From assembly GCA_900617105.1 (NCBI GenBank), contig UYFQ01000214.1, forward strand, positions 1-43,959: DNA of 43,959 bases, in the 5' to 3' direction. The stretch is from Hydrurus foetidus. Taxonomy: Eukaryota. The position numbers and the translations under genes are program-made. The notes under the pieces were generated by a model. That model was not told the DNA's origin. It saw only the letters and a list, made by a program, of their open reading frames with translations, and did not search any database. Below, piece by piece: positions 24,701-37,600 of this stretch (positions are counted from its first letter, which is position 1; the number at the start of each line of letters is the position of its first letter).

Positions 24701-27700
24701 GTCGATGCAAGTGACATAGTGATGATCAATCATGTACTCCATGACTATGTCGAACATATGACAGATGCTATTCGACATGATTCTGTGTGGTGGTAGTGGT
24801 GCACCACTTCTTGGGTACACAATATAGTCGTTTATGTATGTACAGTGTGTATGTTTTTGATTTCACTAACTATACATGTTAAGGTTAAGGTTAAGGTTAA
24901 GGTTAAGGTTAAGGTTACTGTCGATGCAAGTGACATAGTGATGATCAATCATGTACTCCATGACTATGTCGAACATATGACAGATGCTATTCGACATGAT
25001 TCTGTGTGGTGGTAGTGGTGCACCACTTCTTGGGTACACAATATAGTCGTTTATGTATGTACAGTGTGTATGTTTTTGATTTCACTAACTATACATGTTA
25101 AGGTTAAGGTTAAGGTTAAGGTTAAGGTTAAGGTTACTGTCGATGCAAGTGACATAGTGATGATCAATCATGTACTCCATGACTATGTCGAACATATGAC
25201 AGATGCTATTCGACATGATTCTGTGTGGTGGTAGTGGTGCACCACTTCTTGGGTACACAATATAGTCGTTTATGTATGTACAGTGTGTATGTTTTTGATT
25301 TCACTAACTATACATGTTAAGGTTAAGGTTAAGGTTAAGGTTAAGGTTAAGGTTACTGTCGATGCAAGTGACATAGTGATGATCAATCATGTACTCCATG
25401 ACTATGTCGAACATATGACAGATGCTATTCGACATGATTCTGTGTGGTGGTAGTGGTGCACCACTTCTTGGGTACACAATATAGTCGTTTATGTATGTAC
25501 AGTGTGTATGTTTTTGATTTCACTAACTATACATGTTAAGGTTAAGGTTAAGGTTAAGGTTAAGGTTAAGGTTAAGGTTACTGTCGATGCAAGTGACATA
25601 GTGATGATCAATCATGTACTCCATGACTATGTCGAACATATGACAGATGCTATTCGACATGATTCTGTGTGGTGGTAGTGGTGCACCACTTCTTGGGTAC
25701 ACAATATAGTCGTTTATGTATGTACAGTGTGTATGTTTTTGATTTCACTAACTATACATGTTAAGGTTAAGGTTAAGGTTAAGGTTAAGGTTAAGGTTAC
25801 TGTCGATGCAAGTGACATAGTGATGATCAATCATGTACTCCATGACTATGTCGAACATATGACAGATGCTATTCGACATGATTCTGTGTGGTGGTAGTGG
25901 TGCACCACTTCTTGGGTACACAATATAGTCGTTTATGTATGTACAGTGTGTATGTTTTTGATTTCACTAACTATACATGTTAAGGTTAAGGTTAAGGTTA
26001 AGGTTAAGGTTAAGGTTAAGGTTACTGTCGATGCAAGTGACATAGTGATGATCAATCATGTACTCCATGACTATGTCGAACATATGACAGATGCTATTCG
26101 ACATGATTCTGTGTGGTGGTAGTGGTGCACCACTTCTTGGGTACACAATATAGTCGTTTATGTATGTACAGTGTGTATGTTTTTGATTTCACTAACTATA
26201 CATTAAGGTTAAGGTTAAGGTTAAGGTTAAGGTTAAGGTTAAGGTTACTGTCGATGCAAGTGACATAGTGATGATCAATCATGTACTCCATGACTATGTC
26301 GAACATATGACAGATGCTATTCGACATGATTCTGTGTGGTGGTAGTGGTGCACCACTTCTTGGGTACACAATATAGTCGTTTATGTATGTACAGTGTGTA
26401 TGTTTTTGATTTCACTAACTATACATGTTAAGGTTAAGGTTAAGGTTAAGGTTAAGGTTAAGGTTAAGGTTACTGTCGATGCAAGTGACATAGTGATGAT
26501 CAATCATGTACTCCATGACTATGTCGAACATATGACAGATGCTATTCGACATGATTCTGTGTGGTGGTAGTGGTGCACCACTTCTTGGGTACACAATATA
26601 GTCGTTTATGTATGTACAGTGTGTATGTTTTTGATTTCACTAACTATACATGTTAAGGTTAAGGTTAAGGTTAAGGTTAAGGTTAAGGTTACTGTCGATG
26701 CAAGTGACATAGTGATGATCAATCATGTACTCCATGACTATGTCGAACATATGACAGATGCTATTCGACATGATTCTGTGTGGTGGTAGTGGTGCACCAC
26801 TTCTTGGGTACACAATATAGTCGTTTATGTATGTACAGTGTGTATGTTTTTGATTTCACTAACTATACATGTTAAGGTTAAGGTTAAGGTTAAGGTTAAG
26901 GTTAAGGTTAAGGTTACTGTCGATGCAAGTGACATAGTGATGATCAATCATGTACTCCATGACTATGTCGAACATATGACAGATGCTATTCGACATGATT
27001 CTGTGTGGTGGTAGTGGTGCACCACTTCTTGGGTACACAATATAGTCGTTTATGTATGTACAGTGTGTATGTTTTTGATTTCACTAACTATACATGTTAA
27101 GGTTAAGGTTAAGGTTAAGGTTAAGGTTAAGGTTAAGGTTACTGTCGATGCAAGTGACATAGTGATGATCAATCATGTACTCCATGACTATGTCGAACAT
27201 ATGACAGATGCTATTCGACATGATTCTGTGTGGTGGTAGTGGTGCACCACTTCTTGGGTACACAATATAGTCGTTTATGTATGTACAGTGTGTATGTTTT
27301 TGATTTCACTAACTATACATGTTAAGGTTAAGGTTAAGGTTAAGGTTAAGGTTAAGGTTAAGGTTAAGGTTACTGTCGATGCAAGTGACATAGTGATGAT
27401 CAATCATGTACTCCATGACTATGTCGAACATATGACAGATGCTATTCGACATGATTCTGTGTGGTGGTAGTGGTGCACCACTTCTTGGGTACACAATATA
27501 GTCGTTTATGTATGTACAGTGTGTATGTTTTTGATTTCACTAACTATACATGTTAAGGTTAAGGTTAAGGTTAAGGTTAAGGTTAAGGTTAAGGTTACTG
27601 TCGATGCAAGTGACATAGTGATGATCAATCATGTACTCCATGACTATGTCGAACATATGACAGATGCTATTCGACATGATTCTGTGTGGTGGTAGTGGTG

Positions 27701-30700
27701 CACCACTTCTTGGGTACACAATATAGTCGTTTATGTATGTACAGTGTGTATGTTTTTGATTTCACTAACTATACATGTTAAGGTTAAGGTTAAGGTTAAG
27801 GTTAAGGTTAAGGTTAAGGTCGATGCAAGTGACATAGTGATGATCAATCATGTACTCCATGACTATGTCGAACATATGACAGATGCTATTCGACATGATT
27901 CTGTGTGGTGGTAGTGGTGCACCACTTCTTGGGTACACAATATAGTCGTTTATGTATGTACAGTGTGTATGTTTTTGATTTCACTAACTATACATGTTAA
28001 GGTTAAGGTTAAGGTTAAGGTTAAGGTTAAGGTTAAGGTTACTGTCGATGCAAGTGACATAGTGATGATCAATCATGTACTCCATGACTATGTCGAACAT
28101 ATGACAGATGCTATTCGACATGATTCTGTGTGGTGGTAGTGGTGCACCACTTCTTGGGTACACAATATAGTCGTTTATGTATGTACAGTGTGTATGTTTT
28201 TGATTTCACTAACTATACATGTTAAGGTTAAGGTTAAGGTTAAGGTTAAAGGTTAAGGTTAAGGTTACTGTCGATGCAAGTGACATAGTGATGATCAATC
28301 ATGTACTCCATGACTATGTCGAACATATGACAGATGCTATTCGACATGATTCTGTGTGGTGGTAGTGGTGCACCACTTCTTGGGTACACAATATAGTCGT
28401 TTATGTATGTACAGTGTGTATGTTTTTGATTTCACTAACTATACATGTTAAGGTTAAGGTTAAGGTTAAGGTTAAGGTTAAGGTTAAGGTTACTGTCGAT
28501 GCAAGTGACATAGTGATGATCAATCATGTACTCCATGACTATGTCGAACATATGACAGATGCTATTCGACATGATTCTGTGTGGTGGTAGTGGTGCACCA
28601 CTTCTTGGGTACACAATATAGTCGTTTATGTATGTACAGTGTGTATGTTTTTGATTTCACTAACTATACATGTTAAGGTTAAGGTTAAGGTTAAGGTTAA
28701 GGTTAAGGTTAAGGTTACTGTCGATGCAAGTGACATAGTGATGATCAATCATGTACTCCATGACTATGTCGAACATATGACAGATGCTATTCGACATGAT
28801 TCTGTGTGGTGGTAGTGGTGCACCACTTCTTGGGTACACAATATAGTCGTTTATGTATGTACAGTGTGTATGTTTTTGATTTCACTAACTATACATGTTA
28901 AGGTTAAGGTTAAGGTTAAGGTTAAGGTTAAGGTTACTGTCGATGCAAGTGACATAGTGATGATCAATCATGTACTCCATGACTATGTCGAACATATGAC
29001 AGATGCTATTCGACATGATTCTGTGTGGTGGTAGTGGTGCACCACTTCTTGGGTACACAATATAGTCGTTTATGTATGTACAGTGTGTATGTTTTTGATT
29101 TCACTAACTATACATGTTAAGGTTAAGGTTAAGGTTAAGGTTAAGGTTACTGTCGATGCAAGTGACATAGTGATGATCAATCATGTACTCCATGACTATG
29201 TCGAACATATGACAGATGCTATTCGACATGATTCTGTGTGGTGGTAGTGGTGCACCACTTCTTGGGTACACAATATAGTCGTTTATGTATGTACAGTGTG
29301 TATGTTTTTGATTTCACTAACTATACATGTTAAGGTTAAGGTTAAGGTTAAGGTTAAGGTTAAGGTTAAGGTTACTGTCGATGCAAGTGACATAGTGATG
29401 ATCAATCATGTACTCCATGACTATGTCGAACATATGACAGATGCTATTCGACATGATTCTGTGTGGTGGTAGTGGTGCACCACTTCTTGGGTACACAATA
29501 TAGTCGTTTATGTATGTACAGTGTGTATGTTTTTGATTTCACTAACTATACATGTTAAGGTTAAGGTTAAGGTTAAGGTTAAGGTTAAGGTTAAGGTTAA
29601 GGTTACTGTCGATGCAAGTGACATAGTGATGATCAATCATGTACTCCATGACTATGTCGAACATATGACAGATGCTATTCGACATGATTCTGTGTGGTGG
29701 TAGTGGTGCACCACTTCTTGGGTACACAATATAGTCGTTTATGTATGTACAGTGTGTATGTTTTTGATTTCACTAACTATACATGTTAAGGTTAAGGTTA
29801 AGGTTAAGGTTAAGGTTAAGGTTACTGTCGATGCAAGTGACATAGTGATGATCAATCATGTACTCCATGACTATGTCGAACATATGACAGATGCTATTCG
29901 ACATGATTCTGTGTGGTGGTAGTGGTGCACCACTTCTTGGGTACACAATATAGTCGTTTATGTATGTACAGTGTGTATGTTTTTGATTTCACTAACTATA
30001 CATGTTAAGGTTAAGGTTAAGGTTAAGGTTAAGGTTAAGGTTAAGGTTACTGTCGATGCAAGTGACATAGTGATGATCAATCATGTACTCCATGACTATG
30101 TCGAACATATGACAGATGCTATTCGACATGATTCTGTGTGGTGGTAGTGGTGCACCACTTCTTGGGTACACAATATAGTCGTTTATGTATGTACAGTGTG
30201 TATGTTTTTGATTTCACTAACTATACATGTTAAGGTTAAGGTTAAGGTTAAGGTTAAGGTTACTGTCGATGCAAGTGACATAGTGATGATCAATCATGTA
30301 CTCCATGACTATGTCGAACATATGACAGATGCTATTCGACATGATTCTGTGTGGTGGTAGTGGTGCACCACTTCTTGGGTACACAATATAGTCGTTTATG
30401 TATGTACAGTGTGTATGTTTTTGATTTCACTAACTATACATGTTAAGGTTAAGGTTAAGGTTAAGGTTAAGGTTAAGGTTACTGTCGATGCAAGTGACAT
30501 AGTGATGATCAATCATGTACTCCATGACTATGTCGAACATATGACAGATGCTATTCGACATGATTCTGTGTGGTGGTAGTGGTGCACCACTTCTTGGGTA
30601 CACAATATAGTCGTTTATGTATGTACAGTGTGTATGTTTTTGATTTCACTAACTATACATGTTAAGGTTAAGGTTAAGGTTAAGGTTAAGGTTAAGGTTA

Positions 30701-30852
30701 CTGTCGATGCAAGTGACATAGTGATGATCAATCATGTACTCCATGACTATGTCGAACATATGACAGATGCTATTCGACATGATTCTGTGTGGTGGTAGTG
30801 GTGCACCACTTCTTGGGTACACAATATAGTCGTTTATGTTGTACAGTGTGTA
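12726..30852. repeat. Tandem satellite array, roughly 82-83 units of a 183-bp core + (TTAAGG)4-9 (about 207-231 bp per unit)
   Basis: Read directly. The first period is 213 bp (12731 to 12944) with 5 hexamers. The core is essentially invariant. Copy number is estimated from length, not counted. Confidence 0.98.
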
Positions 30853-31032
30853 AAATCTAAAGGCTAAAAGGAGCTAGTTAGTTAGGGATGAAGGCAGAAG
30901 GTACGCTAGTAACTTCTGCAAAGCAGCACAAACTAGCTAGTGACTGATAGTCGTGGCTGTGAACACGAAGGTACTAAGGTGGAAACAGCATCTAATCGGC
31001 TGAATGGGGTAGCAGACCCTGAGGGAGCCACA
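30853..31032 (-). repeat. Truncated 3' LTR of A2 (first 180 bp only)
   Basis: Matches 5913-6092 and abuts the satellite at 30852/30853. Confidence 0.92.
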
Positions 31033-31050
31033 CTACCCCTACTTATCTCT
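31033..31050 (-). promoter_or_regulatory. Polypurine tract of A2
   Basis: AGAGATAAGTAGGGGTAG lies immediately before the TGTGG LTR start on the minus strand. Confidence 0.85.
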
Positions 31051-31405
31051 CGTTTTCTCATTTCTCTCTCCCTCTCCCTCTCTCTCTCTTGGTGAGTTTC
31101 TATCTACAGTGTGTAACAAACAAATATGACTCCAGCGTGAGAAAGAAAAATGCAGAAAAAGGTAATAATAAAAAATAAATAAATAAATAAAAGACAGAAA
31201 TAAATGCGTACAATAAATACAGATATTTGTACATGTGAGAGATGGGGAAAGCGAGAAACGAGAGTGCCTAGATGTGTTGTAACTAAGTGTTCCCCTACAC
31301 ATTTATGTCAGATTTTTACTGACTAAACCTCCTGAAAAGCAACGTAACGTTGTAAAAATGAGGAGGAATCTTCAAAAGATAATGTGTAGGTCGTTCCTTG
31401 GGAAC

Positions 31406-31602
31406 TTACTTTTCTGTCGGAATTATTTTCGACATGCCGTGAAGGCGTAAATATGTGTGAAGAGCGTCTGTAAGACGAAGATTCTTCCACGACTCCCACG
31501 TATTGTGTGAGTCATCAAAGTCAGTCCATTTGACTAAAACCGCATTTGGGTTTTGCGCCTGGAATTGCCTTGGTGCTGAAGAATGGAATCAATAAAGAAT
31601 TC
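31406..31602 (-). other. Integrase C-terminal chromodomain
   Basis: Restoring one T at ~31537 gives EFFIDSILQHQGNSRRKTQMRFLVKWTDFDDSHNTWESWKNLRLTDALHTY, which has the canonical LVKW…NTWE motif. Confidence 0.9.
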
Positions 31603-34600
31603 CATATAATCGCGGCGTGATACATCAGCAGGATCCGTATGTTTCGGATTGAAAACAAATTGTTTAAGATTACTAATATGAAGATGTTTATGTTTCTTCG
31701 TAGTTATATCTAACAACGTATAATCAGAGTTGTGAATCGATATCACTTGAAACGGTCCCCGCCACAACGTGTGTAACCGTGTGGGCGGTTGTGTGGTGTA
31801 TCTAGCCAACACATATGAACCTACGGGAAAAACCGTTATATCCTGTGGACTTGTGGCAACATGAGCCGCGTCCATTGTGCGCAAAGCAGTTTGTGCTTGG
31901 GCAATCAGGGTATCCTGGATGTGATACATCTCACAGACCACTTTCGATGCGGAAGTTTCCACTTCCGGTAATTGTGGGAATGGTGAAAGTATGCCCGAAT
32001 CAAGATTGATTTGGTTACCAAACAATAAACTTGCTGGGGAGGCATTGGTACTGCTGTGAATTGAAGAATTCAAAATGCGCTGTATAAACGGTAAGCAGTT
32101 TTTGTACTGGTACACGTCGTTTGTATCATACAGGAACGAACGTAAGTACCGGTTAATTTCTTTATTAACTCGTTCAACTATAGCATTCTCTTGTTTAGAG
32201 TATGCTAGTGTCAGGTTGTGGGGTGTACCCGTTGACACTAGGAATTGTTTGATCAATTCGTTAGCAAAATGTGAACCCCGATCAGATCTGATCATTTGGG
32301 GTGCACCGTATCTTCCAAAGTGTTGGAGAAGGCAATCGGTAGCCGATTTGGCCGTATTATCGGCACACCAAAATAGTTCTGTCCATCGTGTGAAAGCACA
32401 GATGATGACAAGAACGTGTGAGGCATCGGGGAAGGGTCCGATGAAATCGATGTTCAATACATGGAAAGGTTTGTACGCAGAAGTAACGTACTTGTGTACA
32501 CGTATCGGTACGCGTGTAGCGTTCATCTTCTGGCAGCATGCACATTGTTGTATAAACAAGTGGGTGTGCTGAACCATGTGTTCCCACTCAATGGGTAAGC
32601 TTTTCAGCTTTTCTACGGTGCGTTTAACGCCCCCGTGTCCAACAAACTTGTTGTGGCACATGTTGAGTGCGTCGCGCTGCGTATCAGTCATTTCTGGTAT
32701 GACCTTGAGGGCGCCGCAAAACGGGCCCGGCAAGTTATCCGGTTCTGTGCCAGTGGTGGCTGGTTGAACCTTGATGACAAGGTCCGAGAGATTAGCACAG
32801 AGGCGAGACATAGCGTCCGCTACCGTGTTCTCAGACCCTCGCACGTATGCGATTGTGTAATCGAGCTCTTGTAGAGCCATGGACCATCTCCCTACCATCG
32901 AGTTAGGGGAGGATTTCATGTACGTCAGATTTTTATGATCTGTGTGAATCGTAAACTTGCGATCACGTAATAGTGGATCAAGTTTTGTACAACACAAGTA
33001 GATAGCATAAGCTTCTTTCTGGATTGTTGACCAGTTCAACTGTGAGAAGGTGAGTGACTTACTCACAAATGAAATGGGTTTCATTTCATCTCCAACTTTT
33101 GGAACAATACACCACCTACACCATAATCAGATGCGTCGGTGTATAAATGTATTGGTGATACATTATCAATGAAGTGCATCAGGGGCATTGAGAGATTGCC
33201 TGCCTAATGTCTTGAAACGCTTTAATGGTTTCAGCATTCCAAGTTACTCTGGAATGTTTATGAGTTGTAGACACCGTCATTTTATGTAACGGTGCTACTA
33301 TGTTGGAGTGGTTTGGTACGAAACCTCTAAAATAGTTCGCCAAACCGAGAAATCCCCTAAGGGCAGTAACGGTTTTAGGGCGAGGAAAATCTAAAACAGA
33401 TTTTATTTTCTCAGCCGACATAGATAACCCCTCTTTGGAGATCACACGTCCGACGTATTCGAGGCGTGTAACTCCGAACTTACATTTCTTAGCTTTCAAG
33501 AATAAATTCTTTTCTCGAAAACGGATGAAGACATCACGAAGTCTCTGCAGAAACTCGTCAGGCCCATTACCAAATACAATGCAATCATCGAGATACATCT
33601 CACATGTTACATATAAAAGGCCCGCAAGGACAACCGTGGCCATCATCTCCTGGAAGTATGATGGGGCACGTTTGAGGCCGAAAGGCAATCGAGTGAATTG
33701 ATAAATTCCAGAGAAGCATATGAATGCAGTCAGGATTTTGGCTGATGCCGTAAGGGGTGCTTGATGGTAGCCGGACGTTAAGTCCATAACCCCAAAGATG
33801 TCAGGTTGACGAGCGCCAATGCGTTCAAACATTGCTGGAATGTTTGGGAGTGGCCAACTGGCCGACTCCGTACAGTTATTAAGTGGCCGGAAGTCAATAC
33901 ATACACGGTATTGTCCGGGTGACTTCTGTACTACTACAGGGTGACTGTAGTATACCGCATTAGACTTTCAACCACCCCGATCCGTATCAGATCCTGAAGG
34001 TTATTGTGAATCGCCTCCTCCTTCTGTGAGGATTGTGGGCGGAGCGGGGTCCTGTTACCAGGTACTTCCCATTGTGCCGCCTTATGATCAATATCAAAAG
34101 GAGGTATTCGGGCCGGTTCACGGGCCACCTCATCTTGAAAGATGTCAATAAATTCGGTACATAATGCTCTGCATGCTGTTTGCAGAGCTTCCGACCCACC
34201 AAAGGTGATTGTCGAGATGACGTCGTTCGCCCTACCTGTTGGGGTAGGGTCTTTCATCAATGCAGAAAGAAACGGACCGAACGCATCCGTTTTGTCATCA
34301 TCAATCTCATCTCCATTGAGATTGATTCCGCACGGCAACACGCTCGCGGCGTTAAGTGTTACTGTGTTCACTCTCGTCCCGGTCTCAGAAGGGGGCGGTT
34401 AAGACCACTGCCCGTCCATAGCGCAGATGGACCCCACTCTTCTCCCACTGTTGGAATACGGTGGGTGCTCGAGTGACCTTCGTCTCCATTGTCAGCAGTG
34501 TCGGTAATTAGGCGACACTGTGTACAAGGACTACGCGATCCGACAGCGTCACTATGATGACAACAGACGTCGGTATGTGAATCTGTACCGATGTCGGACT

Positions 34601-37600
34601 CTGCCCTTAAGGGAAGTAGACCGATGTCATCTGGGCTGGGTGACGTTTCGATTAACGTAGGGTCAAAGCCCATACGTTTCGGCGTCAGCACAAACAAGTT
34701 GTGTTGATTCAGGGACTTGCGTCCGATGATCAGATCCAATTGTGCAAAAGGATTAACACTAAAAGTGATATAGATAGTGTGCTTAATATTACTATCATCG
34801 AAAAAAGTAAGGCCTAAATCGACTAAGGTATTACACCTATAACAAGTGCCATCAAGACCGCTACAAACGTTAAGTGCGGTTGAAGACACATAACAATGAG
34901 CAAGTGCATCAAGTGAGACAAGCAGTGATTTGGAAACAAAATCGCCGGCCATGCTACCCGTGTCTAGGAGCGCGTGCGCTGTAAGACTAAGTCCCGTGGA
35001 CTGGGGTGCTGACGCGGCTGTGGTGGGGGCGTGTCCCTGCAAGGTTCTTCGTTCATCCTTGAACACCAATAATGAAAGAAGTTCATTAGGATTTGTTGAG
35101 TGTACCGCTGCTACAAGTGAGTCAGACGGTAACGTACCTATGAGCGGTATTTCCGACATGTCGGTCTGGTTATGGCATGCCGCCAGCACCTCCGAGATTA
35201 GAGGCAGGGAGGTATGGAGTGGCTGTAACACGTGAAGACATGTGGGAAGAACATTGTTAGTGTTATCCGATATAGTATTGGAGGGGTTGAGACCTCCAAT
35301 GTATTAGTTACGAGTATATCAGAGTTGAGTATACATAAAGGTGGTGGTGTATCGGTAGGGTTACATGTGCTAGCAGCATGTATCGCCACTACCAATGACT
35401 CCACCACCGTGACATGAGGTAACGTACCATCATATGCGGCTGCGGGCGGTAGACCACTGTGGGTTGCGTTGATGGAGGTGTTGTTGGCCAACGTGGTGTT
35501 TTGTCCACCAGAACCGTATCGCGGTTTGTTGGTGGGACCTCGATTATAGTTCCCCCATGATTGGGGTTCCCTTGGTATTTTTTCTTCTGACCACCCCCTG
35601 GAGGCTGAGTTTTATTCAGTACCTCATCAGTGAAATTTGTTTCACGACGGGGTATGTGGATTTTGAAAGCGGCCCAGACCAGGGATGCGATCATTGATAG
35701 GGTAGGTCGCATGACCGTATTGTGCCCACGTGCGACCCATGTTGGAGTGGTCCCACGGAACATTGTGGTTGGTGTTTGAATCCACCATCCACATGTGTGG
35801 GCAGTTTTTCAGCAGATGGTCGCTGTGTCCACACGAGTTACACTGTCGGAGTGGTGTTGTTGGCAGTGCCAGCGGTGGTAAAGCTGGGAGTGCCGCACCA
35901 ACCAACAGGGTTTTGGGGTTCGTCGTGAGAGACAACCCGTATGGATTTTGGGTAGCGGGGTGACAATAAATGTCGTTGGGGTCCCCAAAAGCCGCTACGT
36001 GTAGCTGAAGTTGGCGTACCGCATTGACTTGGGAGAAGAAGCGACGCATCGCGAATTCCCAATCGTCCACGTCATGCGGGTTGACGCGTTTATGCTCTTT
36101 GTATTTGGCGGTGATGGCACCGTTAAGAGGCATCTTTTTCTCGAAGATGAGAGTGAGTGCAGCATGGTCGGAGGTGCTGAGTGGGCCATGTACTTGTACA
36201 TGGTTCTCCACCACCTCACGAAACTGAGTCATGCAGCGCATCTCAATCTCCCTTTTGTTGTAACAAAAGGCGAGATGGACTTCTGAGAAATGCTCAGCTA
36301 GTGACTGCCCTAGCTGTGTGTCCGCGCGAAAGTAGCGCAGGACTAATTGTGCTACTTGAGGGACCGTCAGTGTTTGGAGCCACACTTTACGTGTCTCTTC
36401 CGCATATGGATAATCTTGATCCGTATGGATCTGATCATCGATACACCTGACTGCTTTAGTCGAGATGACTTGACCAACATCATAGTTGTTGGTCCACCTC
36501 TGGGAGTGTTCGAAAAACTCCCGTGCGGCCTCTTGTCCAATAATGCCTGACGCATTTACGTTGAGAACGTAAAGCACCGTTTGCAAGGCAATAGCGGAGA
36601 TGGGTCGGGAACCATCGTCCACAGCACGGCCACCCACTACAAGCGCTGTAGGTGCCGCATTGGGTGTGGCAAACTGTACCGCGGGTACGTTGATCGGTGA
36701 CGTACGATCGTGTATGTACCGTGGTATCGGTGGTCGTACCGGGTGCGCTGCATTGGGGTCGGGACCGCCCCCTGCAGCTCGGAATGCTGCTGTTTGCTGC
36801 TCGTAATCGATTATGCGAGCTGTTGCAGGCAGTATCACGATGTCTGGAGGATCCAAGGGGAGTGGGTTAGGAACCCGAATTTCCCGTGGGATCTCCTGGA
36901 TGACTCGTTGGGGTTGTGGGTTGTAATCCGTGTCACCGGTGAACGTACGTACGTATGTAGGCCGTTCCGGTGACCCTGGTGGGGAAGCTTGTCGCTTGCG
37001 TGATGTGGGACCCTCTTGTGGAGGTGACGCGCGTTTGCGAGGAACGTCCGCTGTGCGGGTTATTGTCTCCACATTTTCGGGGATGCGCGTATCGCGACTC
37101 TCGAGTAGTCGAGAGTTGTCGGTAACGCGTACGGTTGCCCGTGGAGTCGCACGTTCGTCCTCGTACTGGTTGTCGTTGTACTGACGACCGTCAGTATTAC
37201 GGTTGCCCCGGTTGGAGGTATCCTGTTGGCGACGATTGTCTCCTTGAGGATAGTCCCTTGGGGACTGTCATCGTAACCCTGTGGGGTTCTCGACGACTTC
37301 TCCTATTGGGGTTGTTGTCTCCCTGACGGAAACTGTCGTTGTTGTCGTCGCGAAATTATCGAAACCGCGATTGTTAGTCGAATAATTTCCCCTGTTTGGG
37401 TTGTCATTACGACGAGAATCCTCGTAATTACGATTATCCCTTTGGGGGTTATCGTTGTGACGTTGGAAAGTGTCTCTGCGATTATCCCTGTTAGGGTTGT
37501 CGTCTTGTTGGCGATGTCGTGATCGCGACGCCCGTCATTCTGACGTGGGTTGTCGTCGTTGCGACGATTGTCGCTGTTGCGTCGATCGTCGTATTGACGT

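Noticed and set aside
24220..28255. Single-unit variants (TTAAGGG at ~24227, 2-nt loss at ~26203, 5-nt loss at ~27820, TTAAAGG at ~28250)
   Set aside because: Isolated small indels, indistinguishable from sequencing error.
17589..29727. Short ORFs in the array (VKVKVK / LNLNLN / LTLTLT)
   Set aside because: They are translations of the hexamer tract and pass the length cutoff only in longer or deleted units.
12726..30852. CRISPR array
   Set aside because: There are no unique spacers, the units are ~219 bp and identical, no cas genes are present, and the context is eukaryotic.
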